DNA from: Pseudomonadota bacterium
Lineage (GTDB): Bacteria > Desulfobacterota > Desulfobulbia > Desulfobulbales > SURF-16
DNA length: 64,000 bases
Assembly: GCA_018822545.1 (NCBI GenBank)
Contig: JAHJKA010000089.1
Coordinates: forward strand, 921-64,920
Reading direction: 5' to 3'
The notes under the pieces are model-generated. The model saw nothing but the letters and a program-made list of their open reading frames with translations. It made no database searches and was not told the origin of the DNA. This document shows, one piece after another, positions 9,369 to 20,438 of the stretch (the stretch's first letter is position 1; the number at the start of each line of letters is the position of its first letter). The position numbers were made by a program, and so were the translations under genes.

Positions 9369-11747
9369 CTAGCTTAACCGGGCGGCATGAACGGCAACCT
9401 CAACGAGATCACTGTTGCCCTGCTCATCAATGACCACCACCTGAAATTCCCCGGCGCCGGCAAAATGATATTCCAGGGGGGTGCCATTACTGCTGGAACC
9501 GATCATGCGGCCATCGACAAACCAGTATCGTTTGCCAAGGCCGCCGATGGCATCCAGACTCACCCTGGCCTCATGAGCGCCACTGCCAAAATAGAGCTGG
9601 GCGCCCTGGGCCAGGCCGGTGATCTTGATGGCCCCTACGGCCACGCCAATGCCGCCCCGGCAAGCCGGGTCAACAGCGGGGATTTGTCGCCGAGAAAATT
9701 CCTTGCCAATCCACGGCTCCAAGCCTTTGGGCCACAAGGCCATCGTAACCATGGCTGTCTTCTGAATATCGCAATCGGCCGGCACCAGCATACGATTTTT
9801 TTGGCTGATTTCAAAGCGAATGGGATTGATCAGCCAATCCCGCTCATCCTGATCGGACAGGGTGGGCGGGACATTGCCATCCAATATCCAGGCCTGATGC
9901 CTTTGATGACACAGACTGTCATCTTGAAGAGCCGTCCTTTTCACGCCCAAAGGCCAGCAGATGACCTCTTCAGTCACCGAAGCCGGCATGCCTTGAAAAA
10001 AATCGCCTGGTTTGGCCAGGGCGTCGCTGATCGCAAAGAGCAGCGGCGCCGCGGTCACCGCCCCGTAATGGCCAGGGATTGGGGTGCCATCCGGCCTGCC
10101 CACCCAGACGCCGATGGTATAGCGGGGGGTGATGCCCATGGCCCAGGTATCGCGGAAGCCGAAGCTGGTCCCGGTCTTCCAGGCCAGATCAGGCCTGGTG
10201 ATCGCCGCGGTCCGGTAATTGTCCGGGCGCTTATTTTCCGCAAGGATGCGGCGGATGATCCAGGCCGCCCCAGGGGACATCACCCGTTGCTCTAGGTTTT
10301 CCTGATCCACCTCCCCCTCCAGAAAACGGAGCCGACCAGCCAGCCCCTGCCTGGCAAAGGAGGTATAGGCCGCCACCAGCTGTTCAAGGGAGGTACCGGC
10401 CCCGCCAAGGACCACGGCAAGATTGGGGGTATCGCCCTGGGGGAGCTGGAGACGAACGCCGGCGGCGGCAAGCTTGGCAGTGAAGGTGCGCGGCCCCAGG
10501 CTTTCCAGAACCTGGATGGCCGGCACGTTCAACGAGCGCTGCAAGGCCGCGGCCACCGAAACCGGCCCGACAAACCCGGAAGAGAAATTTTCAGGCCGGT
10601 AGCTCCCGAACAGACGCGGCGCATCGGCAAGCAGCGAGTGGGAATGGATGAGGCCCTGGTCCAGGGCAAAGCCGTAGAGAAAGGGCTTCAGGGTGGAGCC
10701 GGGAGAGCGGGTGGCCTGGATCATATCGACATGACCAAAACGTTCCCCATCGAGAAAATCCGCCGAGCCAAGATAGGCGCGCACCGCCAGGCTGCTATTT
10801 TCAACCACCAGCACCCCCGCCGAGGTGGCCTCCGGCAGTCCCTGCATATAGCCGGCCAGATAATCGGCCAGATTGCTCTGCAGCTCCGGATCAATGGTGG
10901 TCACCAGGGGTCGGTCATAGCCGACCTGGTCCTTCAGGCGCCGGGCCAGCAGCGGCGCCAGCATAGGCTGCCGGAAAGAACGGGCGGCAACCACCTCTTT
11001 TTTTGCCTCGCCAACCTCCGCAGCCGACCACACTCCCAGGCTGGCCAACCGCTGCAAGACCTTATCCCGGGCCACCGTGGCCTGCTGCGAGAAACGGTCC
11101 GGCCGGAAACGGCTCGGGGCTTGGGGCAAGACGGCAAGCAAGGCCGCCTCGGCCCGGCTCAGTTCCTTGGGAGGTTTTCCTAAATAGGCAAAGCTTGCCG
11201 CCGCTATCCCCTCCAGAGGGCCACCAAAAGGGGCACGGTTGAGATAGATCTCTAATATTTCGGTCTTGGAATAATGGTACTCAAGCTGCAGGGCCCGGAA
11301 GATCTGGCTGAGTTTACCGCCATAGGATCTCTGATGGGGGACCAGCAGCCTAGCAACCTGCATGGTGAGGGTGGAACCGCCGGAGACGATCTTGCCCCGC
11401 TGGTGGTTAAGCCACCAGGCCCGGACCAGGGCGAGCGGATTAACCCCGGGATGATAGGCAAACCAACGGTCTTCATAGCCAAGCAGGGCTTGCAGATACC
11501 GGGGCGAGACATCCCCTTTCTGCACCGGATAGCGCCATACCCCGTGGCTATCAGCAAAAGCCCTGAGCGGGGTGCCGTCCCGGGCCACCACCAGGCGAGC
11601 AAAATCTCCGGCCTCGGCCGGATTCGGCAACGGCCAGAGAACATCGGCCAGCAAAAAGGCGCCACTCAGACCACAAAAAACAGCCACCATCATCAGCAGC
11701 CTTTGCCGCCCTTTCTGCCCGCCCAACTGCATATCCATCCAGACCAC
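9369..11747 (-). CDS. pbpC: Penicillin-binding protein 1C
   Basis: GT51 motifs (YEDRWF, SGGSTLTMQVAR); transpeptidase motifs STLK, SLN and KTG; adjacent to alpha-2-macroglobulin. Confidence 0.95.
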   Translation of the reverse strand: MVWMDMQLGGQKGRQRLLMMVAVFCGLSGAFLLADVLWPLPNPAEAGDFARLVVARDGTPLRAFADSHGVWRYPVQKGDVSPRYLQALLGYEDRWFAYHPGVNPLALVRAWWLNHQRGKIVSGGSTLTMQVARLLVPHQRSYGGKLSQIFRALQLEYHYSKTEILEIYLNRAPFGGPLEGIAAASFAYLGKPPKELSRAEAALLAVLPQAPSRFRPDRFSQQATVARDKVLQRLASLGVWSAAEVGEAKKEVVAARSFRQPMLAPLLARRLKDQVGYDRPLVTTIDPELQSNLADYLAGYMQGLPEATSAGVLVVENSSLAVRAYLGSADFLDGERFGHVDMIQATRSPGSTLKPFLYGFALDQGLIHSHSLLADAPRLFGSYRPENFSSGFVGPVSVAAALQRSLNVPAIQVLESLGPRTFTAKLAAAGVRLQLPQGDTPNLAVVLGGAGTSLEQLVAAYTSFARQGLAGRLRFLEGEVDQENLEQRVMSPGAAWIIRRILAENKRPDNYRTAAITRPDLAWKTGTSFGFRDTWAMGITPRYTIGVWVGRPDGTPIPGHYGAVTAAPLLFAISDALAKPGDFFQGMPASVTEEVICWPLGVKRTALQDDSLCHQRHQAWILDGNVPPTLSDQDERDWLINPIRFEISQKNRMLVPADCDIQKTAMVTMALWPKGLEPWIGKEFSRRQIPAVDPACRGGIGVAVGAIKITGLAQGAQLYFGSGAHEARVSLDAIGGLGKRYWFVDGRMIGSSSNGTPLEYHFAGAGEFQVVVIDEQGNSDLVEVAVHAARLS

Positions 11748-11754
11748 CTGAACC

Positions 11755-14700
11755 TTATTTCGCCGTGACCACCAAACGCTCCGGGGTCTTGCCCACGGCG
11801 CGAATATCCGGGCGATACATATCTTCGGCCAGGGGCGGCGGCACCGTATAGGTTCCAGGGGTCACAGCCCGGGCCAGGTAAAAAAGATGGGTTTTGTCGT
11901 GGCCTGGCTGGTCCAGGGCCGCGACATAGCGGTCATCCCGGAACTCCTCATGCTTGAGTTGCCTGCGCACCAGCAGCGAGGCCACCGAGGTGCCGTCCAG
12001 CATCAACTCGTCAAGCTTGACACCATGCAGCAGATTCTGATTTTCCAGCTCCAGGCCAGCCGGAATCAAATCAACAACCAGGAGATCCGGCACCCGTTCT
12101 TCGGCAACCACCACCAACTGCACCAGGAGCAGATCGCCGGTGCGCACCTGGTCAAGGTCCATCTCCTTGCCCTGCATATCGTAGATGAAGCGTTCAATCC
12201 GCAATTTTTCCGCCACCGGTTCCGGTCTGGTGAGGGGATAACCGCTGACCAGAATCCGGCCATAGAGAGGCTGATTCGAGGTCGAGGCAAAGTGCAGCCC
12301 CTGACCGGCCACCTCGCCGCTCAACACCTGGCGATAGCTCTGTTTACCGCTAAGCTGGCGTGACTCGCTGCCCATCTGCAACCGGCCCTGCCATTCCTGA
12401 CCTTTTGCTTCCAGGAGCGGCAGGCCAACCTGAAGCAGAGCCAGTCTCTCCTGGGTGGAAAGATAGCCACGGCTGTGAATCAGATCCGCCAGACCAAAAA
12501 GCAGCATCCCTGCCTGATCGGCCAGGAGTTCATGTTTTTGCAGGAGAGAGATGGTCAAGGCCAGATCGCGAATGGGCGAGCCGTAATCACCAAGATATTT
12601 CTTGGCATCCCGGGTCAGGGTCAACCCCTTGGTGACGGCTGCAATGCCCCGCTTGCTATCACCCATGCGTTGCAAGGCCAGGCCAAGATGGATAAGCGGC
12701 AGGCCGCTCTTGGCATCCCCCAGGTGGTTATCATACAGGGTGCGCAACGAACCAAGGGGCGCCCTATTGACCAACGACAGCACATAGCCGGCATAGGCCC
12801 GGTAGGCAAGGCGATAATGATCTTCATCGTCACTGTATCGCACCCCGAAATTGGCGCCGCCCTCCACATATTTTTCCAGCCGCCGGAAGGCGTTATCAAA
12901 CATCTGCGGGGGTACTGTCACCCCTTTTTCCCTGGCCTGAAGCAGGAAATGAGCGGCAAACACGGTGAGGTAATGCTCCTCAGGACCGGTGTTTGACCAA
13001 AGCCCGAAGCCGCCGGGAGTCTGCTGCTTAGCCGCCAAGAGCTGCACCCCTCTGTCCAGGGCCTCTATCCGTTTGTGCTTGGGCCAGTCCTTGGATTTCA
13101 TGCCCAACATCTGCATGGCATTGTCATCGATAAACAAGAAGGGATAGCTTGAGCTGATGGTCTGCTCCAGACAACCATAGGGGTAATGGAGCAGGTAACT
13201 GAGATGTTCGTGAAGACCCAGCGGTGGCGTGTTTGACAGGGCAAACTCCACCTCCACCGTGGACGGAATTAAACCTTTCAGTAAGTTCGGCTCAAGGGTG
13301 AAGGTCTCACCGTTTTTCAGCATGGCCTGCTGGCGTCGTTCGCTGGCAGGATAGGCCGGTCGCAGACCAAGCTTCCACGACCTATTAATCTCGATTTCTT
13401 CTTCGCCAGCAGCAGCCTGATTGCCAAGATGCACCTTGATCTCGGACTGCAGACCAAAATCAGGAGCCGCCAGCGGATAGATCCGGCTCACTTTTTCGGT
13501 GGCCAGCAGGGTAGCCTGATCCTTGCCGTTTTCCAGGGTAAGGGGGCTAGTGGCGGTCAGCTGCCAGGAGAGCTGTTGGGCAACTGCCGTCATATTGCGG
13601 ACATCCAGGGTGGCCTGGGAGCGATCACCCGGCGCCAGGAAACGGGGCAGGGAGATCTCGGCCACCAGAGGCGCAGCCACCGTGGTCTCCGTCTCGCCAT
13701 TGCCAAAGCGGTTGCCGGCAAAGGCCAGGGCCATCAGGCGCAAGCGCCCGTTAAAATTAGGGATATCCAGTTTCACCTGGGCGTGACCTTCGGCGCTCAA
13801 GGCAACCGGGCCGCTGAACAGGGAGACAATCTGCACCTCGGTCATCGGATTCTTGCCGCCGCGACTGACATCGGCATCACCGCCAAAGCGTAAGGAGGCG
13901 ATAGAGCCATCCATGGCCTCAATGACCTTGCCGAAATTATCCCGGCTGTCCACGCCAAAGCGCCGCTGTTCATAGAACCAGGTAAAGGGGTCCGGGGTGG
14001 CAAAATCAGTGACATTGAGCACCCCGACATCCACCGCGGCCAGGGTCACCATGATCGGGCCGGGCCCGGGGGCGCCCTGGACCTTCAGATCCACCGCCAG
14101 TTCTTTCTCGGGCCGGATTTTTTCAGGGGCGGTCACGGTCAACTCAAGGCGGCGTCCACTACGGTCAAGAGGAAGAGGGGTAAGCCCCATGGCCCTATTC
14201 ACCGTAACTTTGTTCGTGCTGTCCACCGGCCGCAGGACCAAGGCAGAAATATAAATATCATGGCGGTTCCAGTTGCTGCCCACCGGAATCTTCATGGTGG
14301 CCGTGCCGTTTGTACCCACCTCAAGGGGAGCAAACCAGAGGGGCTCGTCACTTTCCACCAGCACAAAGCCCTTGCCGGCATGAGGAGACTTGATGGTCAG
14401 GGTGGCCAGGTCGCCGGGTTGATATTTTTTCTTATCCAGCACCAGGCTGACTGCATCTGGGCGGGGGGCATTATCGCCACCGGTGCTGTACCACCACCAG
14501 GAATAGCCGACATGAAAAGCCGTACTGGTGATAGCCCCGGTCTTGGGGTCACGAATTTCAAGGCGATAATGGCCGTTTTCAACCGGAAAGGAGACTTTTT
14601 CCTTGGCACCTTTCTTGATCTGCAGCGGTACAGCAAAGGCGGTATAGGCCTTTTGATTATAGCGTGGCTGCCAGCCGCCATACTCGTCAAACAACCAGTA

Positions 14701-16623
14701 ATAATCACGGTCGTCCCGGATGAGCTTGACCTCTAAATCCCGGGCAGCGACGAGCTCGCCGTCTTTACGGGCAGCCACCACTTCAAAGCTTGCCAGGGTA
14801 TTGTTCTCCAGGCCATCCTTTTCAAACAGGGGCCGCACGCCAATAAGCACGTCGTGGGGCCAAACGGTGTACGACACCGATCTGGTCACCGGCCGGCCGC
14901 CGGATTCATAGAGGGAGCCATCGACCCGAACCACAAGGGGAGAATGGCTTTGCTGCCAGCGACTCGGAATATCAAGAAGGACCTTGCCCTCTGCATCCAG
15001 ATTCACATCATCAAGCTCAAAGCGAGACCAGTCGGCAAACTCGCTGTGATCCCCGAACTCAAAACCCTTCAACATCTCCAGGGGGAAGCGGTCCTGCTGA
15101 TAGGCCACCGCCACAGACAGCCTATTGCCCGAAGCCGGAGCGCCATAGAGATAATCCCCGGCCACCGGCACCTTAAGGGATTCAGCAGCCTGGGTAAAAC
15201 GCGTTTTCTTTGTGCCGTCATCAAAGACCAGGGTCATCCGTTCCGGCAAAAAATCTTCCACCTTGAAGTCATAAAAACGGCGCTCCTTCTTGCCGGCCAC
15301 TGCCACTGCCACCTGCCATTTGCCGGTGGGTGCCGAGGCGGGTATCTGATAGCGATGGTGAAAATAGCCGGGGGTTCCTTCGGTCTGCCAGAGAAACTCC
15401 GTGGCCAGCTGCCCGTCGGGTCGCTTGATCTCCACCGGCACCGGAAAATCAGGCAGCATCTCGCCATCGCCGGAGCGCAGCAGCATATTGAGTTCCATGG
15501 TTTCTCCGGGCCGGTAAATATCCCTGGGCCCATAGAGAAAGGCCTCGATTTGATGGAAGGGCCGTTTTCCCAAAGAAAAATCAGAGAGATCCAGGGCCGG
15601 GCTGCCAAGCTCTAAAATGGAAATATGCTGGCCCTTCTTGGCGACAATGACCTGGGCATTGGGGAAAGGGGCCTGGAAGGTGGCGACCCCTTGCGGCGAG
15701 GTCACGGTTTCCTGAAGAATCTTGCCCTTGCTGTCATAGAGAGTCATGGCAACCTTGGCCAGCGGCTCGGCCTGGGCCAGGGAGGCGGCGTAGACATCCA
15801 TCTGCCGCTGATAAAGGCGAACATGGAGACCGATATCGCTGATCATAAAATAGGCAGTTTTAAAGGCGGAGGGATATTTCCCCGCCTCCTTCAGCACCGC
15901 CATATAGATTCCCGGTTTTTTCAGCTCCTTGACATCCTGCACCGGGATATTAACCGTCCGCCTTTTATTTTTTGGGGGAGCCAGCGAAAACCGGCCGGTG
16001 TAGACCAGTTGACCCTGCTTGGCCAGTTCATTTAACTCCCAGGTGTTTTTCGATTGCGAGTTGCCCCACGACAGGAGAAAACGGCTGATATCATCCACCC
16101 GGTGGAACTCGATGGTCACCTCATCGACGTTCACCGTCACCACCGGCAAGCCCTTGGCATTGCCGGGGGGCAAAATGACGCCACTGCCGCCAAAGCTCAC
16201 CGTGGCTGTAACATTACGGCTGTGCATGGTGGCGCTCTCGGTCTTCCCGAGCTGGGCCCTGGTGATGGCGGTGAGGCCGCGATACACCGTTACCGTATAG
16301 TCACGGTCCGGCTCGATGAAGGGGAAATACAGGGTCTTGCCAGATTCGGCCAGCACCCAGGCGCCATCCACCTTACCCTGCCCCTTCATGGAGACGTTGA
16401 GGTAGCTGTCATGCTTCTTGCGGCTGTCCAGAGGCACGGACAGGGTAACGGCCAGGGCATTGCCACCATCGTAACTGCGTTCGCTGATATCGAGAACGGT
16501 CAGGGGCGTATCACCATAAAGCGTAACGAGGTCATCACTTGCCGCCACACCGAGGGCCGGAATGAAGACAAGTAACAGCCAGAACGGGAATCGTGCCAAT
16601 AACTTCAACATAAGAGGCCTCAC
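11755..16623 (-). CDS. yfhM: Bacterial alpha-2-macroglobulin (YfhM-like)
   Basis: 1622 aa; RDIYRPGE, FKVEDFLPERM, thioester motif YPYGCLEQ and AEDMYRP; tandem with pbpC. Confidence 0.95.
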   Translation of the reverse strand: MRPLMLKLLARFPFWLLLVFIPALGVAASDDLVTLYGDTPLTVLDISERSYDGGNALAVTLSVPLDSRKKHDSYLNVSMKGQGKVDGAWVLAESGKTLYFPFIEPDRDYTVTVYRGLTAITRAQLGKTESATMHSRNVTATVSFGGSGVILPPGNAKGLPVVTVNVDEVTIEFHRVDDISRFLLSWGNSQSKNTWELNELAKQGQLVYTGRFSLAPPKNKRRTVNIPVQDVKELKKPGIYMAVLKEAGKYPSAFKTAYFMISDIGLHVRLYQRQMDVYAASLAQAEPLAKVAMTLYDSKGKILQETVTSPQGVATFQAPFPNAQVIVAKKGQHISILELGSPALDLSDFSLGKRPFHQIEAFLYGPRDIYRPGETMELNMLLRSGDGEMLPDFPVPVEIKRPDGQLATEFLWQTEGTPGYFHHRYQIPASAPTGKWQVAVAVAGKKERRFYDFKVEDFLPERMTLVFDDGTKKTRFTQAAESLKVPVAGDYLYGAPASGNRLSVAVAYQQDRFPLEMLKGFEFGDHSEFADWSRFELDDVNLDAEGKVLLDIPSRWQQSHSPLVVRVDGSLYESGGRPVTRSVSYTVWPHDVLIGVRPLFEKDGLENNTLASFEVVAARKDGELVAARDLEVKLIRDDRDYYWLFDEYGGWQPRYNQKAYTAFAVPLQIKKGAKEKVSFPVENGHYRLEIRDPKTGAITSTAFHVGYSWWWYSTGGDNAPRPDAVSLVLDKKKYQPGDLATLTIKSPHAGKGFVLVESDEPLWFAPLEVGTNGTATMKIPVGSNWNRHDIYISALVLRPVDSTNKVTVNRAMGLTPLPLDRSGRRLELTVTAPEKIRPEKELAVDLKVQGAPGPGPIMVTLAAVDVGVLNVTDFATPDPFTWFYEQRRFGVDSRDNFGKVIEAMDGSIASLRFGGDADVSRGGKNPMTEVQIVSLFSGPVALSAEGHAQVKLDIPNFNGRLRLMALAFAGNRFGNGETETTVAAPLVAEISLPRFLAPGDRSQATLDVRNMTAVAQQLSWQLTATSPLTLENGKDQATLLATEKVSRIYPLAAPDFGLQSEIKVHLGNQAAAGEEEIEINRSWKLGLRPAYPASERRQQAMLKNGETFTLEPNLLKGLIPSTVEVEFALSNTPPLGLHEHLSYLLHYPYGCLEQTISSSYPFLFIDDNAMQMLGMKSKDWPKHKRIEALDRGVQLLAAKQQTPGGFGLWSNTGPEEHYLTVFAAHFLLQAREKGVTVPPQMFDNAFRRLEKYVEGGANFGVRYSDDEDHYRLAYRAYAGYVLSLVNRAPLGSLRTLYDNHLGDAKSGLPLIHLGLALQRMGDSKRGIAAVTKGLTLTRDAKKYLGDYGSPIRDLALTISLLQKHELLADQAGMLLFGLADLIHSRGYLSTQERLALLQVGLPLLEAKGQEWQGRLQMGSESRQLSGKQSYRQVLSGEVAGQGLHFASTSNQPLYGRILVSGYPLTRPEPVAEKLRIERFIYDMQGKEMDLDQVRTGDLLLVQLVVVAEERVPDLLVVDLIPAGLELENQNLLHGVKLDELMLDGTSVASLLVRRQLKHEEFRDDRYVAALDQPGHDKTHLFYLARAVTPGTYTVPPPLAEDMYRPDIRAVGKTPERLVVTAK

Positions 16624-16987
16624 AGCAGTTTGAGAAAAGACTTAAAAAGATCGGTCATATACAACTCGGCGCGGGCAACGGCAGGGTTCTTTCGAAGACA
16701 TACCAGATCGGCGGCTTACGTGGAGCGATTGGCATGTCCCCCGATTATTACATTAAACAACGCTCGCTGGAATGAGAAAATCACCCGCATCAAAAATGTA
16801 CGCCTGGAGGGCATGGCAGACACCTTATTGCCGCCATGGGTCAGATGGCAGCACAAGACTCTGACAACTTGCGTCGCTTAATAATAAAGTTTAGGGTGTG
16901 GTGTCCGGTTGACAGGGCTGATTGCGTCAGTCATCATGGGCTATCCTTATTCCCCACTGAACCTAAAGACCTCGAGAATATCGTCTG

Positions 16988-19090
16988 ATGAAGGTTATTA
17001 TTGCCGAAAAGCCGTCTGTTGCCCGCGACATTGCCGCTGTCCTCGACATTACCGGCAAAAAAAAGGGGTATATCGAAGGGCGGGGGTGCGCCATCACCTG
17101 GGCCTTTGGCCATCTGGTGACCTTGCAGGAGCCTGGGGAATATGATCCGGCCCTCAAACGCTGGTCCCTGGACACCCTGCCCTTTGTGCCGGACAAATTC
17201 AAGCTCACCCTGATCAAAAACCGCGGGGTGGACGAACAATTCCACATTATCGAGGCGTTATGCCAGCAGGCCGAAGAAATCATCTGCGCCACGGATGCCG
17301 GTCGCGAAGGCGAGCTCATTTTTCGCTACATCCTGGCCCAGGCCAACTGCGAGGATAAGCCGATCCGCCGCCTCTGGCTCAACTCGCTGACCCCCGAGGC
17401 CATTCAAGAGGCCTTCAAGGACCTCAAGGACGGCCACGATTACGACGCCCTCTATGCCGCAGCCCGTTGCCGTAGTGAGTCTGACTGGATTGTCGGCCTC
17501 AACTCCACCCGCTACTACACCGTAAAACACGGGCGGATAGGCGGCGGCAATGATCGGGTGCTGTGGAGTATCGGCCGGGTCCAGACTCCGGTGCTGGCCA
17601 TGATCGTTGAACGGGACGATACCATCCTCCAGTTTCGGCCCCAGCTCTTCTGGGAGCTCACCAGCCGCTATCGCGAGGTGGTGTTCAAATACACCGGTCA
17701 ACGCTTTGAAAAACCGGAGAAGGCCCAGGTTCTGCTCGACAAAATAAGCGGTCAACCCTTCAATATCACTGGCATTAACGGCAAAGAGAAAAAAGAGCAG
17801 CCACCCCAGCTCTTTGATCTCACCACCCTGCAGCGCGAGGTCAACAAGATGCACGGCCTGTCTGCCGCCGACACCCTGGCCGCCACCCAGAATCTCTACG
17901 AGAAAAAACTGGTCACCTATCCCCGTACCGATTCCCGCTATCTCAGCCAGGACATGAAGCCGCGCATCCCCAAAATCCTGGCCCAGCTCAAGGCCATCCG
18001 GCCTGACGATATCGCGCCGCTCAACCTGGACAAACTCCCCTTCAGTAAGCGGATCATCGACGACAGCAAGGTCACCGATCATCACGCCATCATTCCCACC
18101 GGCGTCAAGCCGCAACACATTGGCGCCCACGAACAGCTGGTGTATGAGGCCATTACCACCCAGTTTATCGCCGCCTTCTATCCGGTCTGCGTCAAAAATA
18201 TCACCACGGTGGACGGCGTCAGTAATGAGGTCACGTTTCAGGCCAAGGGTACCCAGGTTATGGAGCCCGGGTGGACGGCCCTCTTTCTTAAAAAAATTCA
18301 GAGCCAGGAGGCGGCCGACGACCAGGCCCTGCCCGCTTTTGAACAAGGCGAAACCGGCCCCCACGCACCCTCCCTGCACGAAGGTAAAACCAAACCGCCC
18401 AATCACTTTACGGAGAACTCGCTGCTGGGGGCCATGGAGGCGGCCGGTAAATTTGTCGAGGACGATGCCCTGCGCGAGGCCCTCAAAGAGCGCGGCATCG
18501 GCACCCCGGCCACCCGGGCGGCCATCATCGAAACCCTGCTGAATCGCAACTATATCAGGCGGGAGAAAAAACAGCTGCGCTGCACCGATATGGGCCGCAT
18601 TCTCATTGCCCTGATTCAGGATCCGCTCCTCAAATCACCGGAGATGACTGGCGAATGGGAAGAAAAACTTAAACAGATTGAACGTAAGCAACTTGACCCC
18701 GATGTTTTCATGACCGGCATTGGCGACTACATCCGCGGCCTGATCCAGACAAGCTCGGCGAGCTCAGCCGACCGGGTTGACACCGACCACTGGGCCAGCT
18801 GTCCACTCTGTGGCAAAGAGGTGGTCAAAGGCAACAGGGCCTACGGTTGCTCAGGGTGGAACGAGGGCTGCCCCTTTGTTCTGGAGCCTGAGTGCAAAGG
18901 GATTACACTGAACCCCAGACAGGTACAAACCCTGCTTCAGCAGCGCATCCTGCCGCAGCCCATCCGCATCGATGATGAACTGCGCATGCTCATCCTCTCC
19001 ACCCAAGGCATGCCCATCGACCTGCGCCTGCCTTCCGCCGACCGTCAGAAAAAAGAGAAAAAAACAGATAGCCCTGCACCAAAAAGCTGA
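16988..19090 (+). CDS. topB: DNA topoisomerase III
   Basis: IAEKPSVA, ATDAGREGE, SIGRVQTP, catalytic VTYPRTDS, GIGTPATRA, and a C-terminal Zn ribbon (CPLC). Confidence 0.95.
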   Translation: MKVIIAEKPSVARDIAAVLDITGKKKGYIEGRGCAITWAFGHLVTLQEPGEYDPALKRWSLDTLPFVPDKFKLTLIKNRGVDEQFHIIEALCQQAEEIICATDAGREGELIFRYILAQANCEDKPIRRLWLNSLTPEAIQEAFKDLKDGHDYDALYAAARCRSESDWIVGLNSTRYYTVKHGRIGGGNDRVLWSIGRVQTPVLAMIVERDDTILQFRPQLFWELTSRYREVVFKYTGQRFEKPEKAQVLLDKISGQPFNITGINGKEKKEQPPQLFDLTTLQREVNKMHGLSAADTLAATQNLYEKKLVTYPRTDSRYLSQDMKPRIPKILAQLKAIRPDDIAPLNLDKLPFSKRIIDDSKVTDHHAIIPTGVKPQHIGAHEQLVYEAITTQFIAAFYPVCVKNITTVDGVSNEVTFQAKGTQVMEPGWTALFLKKIQSQEAADDQALPAFEQGETGPHAPSLHEGKTKPPNHFTENSLLGAMEAAGKFVEDDALREALKERGIGTPATRAAIIETLLNRNYIRREKKQLRCTDMGRILIALIQDPLLKSPEMTGEWEEKLKQIERKQLDPDVFMTGIGDYIRGLIQTSSASSADRVDTDHWASCPLCGKEVVKGNRAYGCSGWNEGCPFVLEPECKGITLNPRQVQTLLQQRILPQPIRIDDELRMLILSTQGMPIDLRLPSADRQKKEKKTDSPAPKS

Positions 19091-19146
19091 TTTTGAAGAC
19101 GTTACAACTTCACCTTCAATACAAACATTTTCATAAAAGGATCCCT

Positions 19147-20079
19147 ATGAACAGGTACCTCTTCTTCATTTTGCCGATCTGGGTCTGCGCCTGCCTGAAC
19201 CTGCCAACCCTGGCCCGGGGCGCGGCAGCTGATGAGCAACCGACCCAATCGCCCGAAAGCACGGCCGTCGAACCAAAATCAAATGGGCTGCTCAAAAAAC
19301 TGAAGGGCAACGAGCCCTCCTATTTCGTCTATGCCCGGGACAACAATAACTCCTTCGACCACATCGAATTCTACCTCTCCGTGGAATATCCAATGCTGGA
19401 AGGACCTGTACACCGGCTCTTCGGCCTCAACACCGATCTTTACTTCAACTACAACGGCAAATATGACTTCTATCTCGAAAAACGATACTCATCGCCGGTT
19501 ATCTCCCGGCAGCAGAACCCCGGGGCAATGTTCGAGTACCGCCTGGATCAGCCGTCTTACGGACTAAGCACCATCAAAACCGGCTATTTCCATGAATCAA
19601 ACGGCCAGACCATTGATACCGCGGAGGACTACGCCACCACCGAAAACGCCCAAGACTTTGTCAGCCGAGGCTGGGATTACATCCCCCTGGAATTAAAGTT
19701 CGAGTTCCCTGAAAAGCTGCCAAGTTTCTCTTTTTACCTTAAAGGGCGTTACTTCCTGCCCAAACAGTTGCTTATGAACGACAAGGAGGATACGATCTTT
19801 TGGGATCCCTCGGACGACTCGAAGATTGAAGATTATGCAGGACTCTCTCTGTTGATCCGCAGCCAGACCTTGGTCGACAACCGCTATATCGAGGGTTTCA
19901 AGCTCGCCGCCATTTATCGTACCGGCTACACCGATTTCAATCTTTCCCAGCGCTATGAAGCGACCTTCAGGACTTTAGGCCTGCCGCTTTACATCTTCTA
20001 CTTCAGCGGCTACGGCAACGAAATTTCAAACTATCAGGAGCGCGGCTATACCTTGGGCGTGGGTGTTGAATTCTGGTAA
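19147..20079 (+). CDS. pldA: Outer-membrane phospholipase A (OMPLA/PldA family)
   Basis: Signal peptide, catalytic HESNG motif, SRGWD, FSGYG and an aromatic beta-barrel C-terminus (GVGVEFW). Confidence 0.75.
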   Translation: MNRYLFFILPIWVCACLNLPTLARGAAADEQPTQSPESTAVEPKSNGLLKKLKGNEPSYFVYARDNNNSFDHIEFYLSVEYPMLEGPVHRLFGLNTDLYFNYNGKYDFYLEKRYSSPVISRQQNPGAMFEYRLDQPSYGLSTIKTGYFHESNGQTIDTAEDYATTENAQDFVSRGWDYIPLELKFEFPEKLPSFSFYLKGRYFLPKQLLMNDKEDTIFWDPSDDSKIEDYAGLSLLIRSQTLVDNRYIEGFKLAAIYRTGYTDFNLSQRYEATFRTLGLPLYIFYFSGYGNEISNYQERGYTLGVGVEFW

Positions 20080-20288
20080 AACCAACAGAGCGCCATTTCC
20101 AAGTAAAAACCGATTCCTACAGTTTTATCAGATAATTTCGCTGCCTTAATTTCCAACAAGAGCCAACGACAGCCTTGCCCCTTTCCTTCGTTGCCAATTT
20201 CCCTTTAACCTAATTACCCCTCCTGAACCATTTCCTCCCACCTTTGCTGACTGGCCCTGTTGTTCGAAATATCTTATTTTGTTGTTTC

Positions 20289-20304
20289 GGGAACCTTTTA
20301 TGCT
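20289..20304 (+). promoter_or_regulatory. Possible sigma-54 promoter for the DUF3300-DUF2950 operon
   Basis: GGGAACCTTTTATGCT has GG-N10-GC spacing but is an imperfect match to TGGCAC-N5-TTGC. Confidence 0.35.
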
Positions 20305-20438
20305 TAAATATTCTTTCATATGAAGTGTAGCACAAAACCCGTTCACATTTTCTGACCGGGCTCAAATGCGATTTTTCCTGTCAGCACAGGAAGTGCTCGA
20401 AAAACCTTGCCGGTCGCCCCGGCTGATGAGGAGACAAT

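Noticed and set aside
17258-18406. 382-aa minus-strand ORF
   Set aside because: Antisense shadow of topB caused by GC-rich codon bias.
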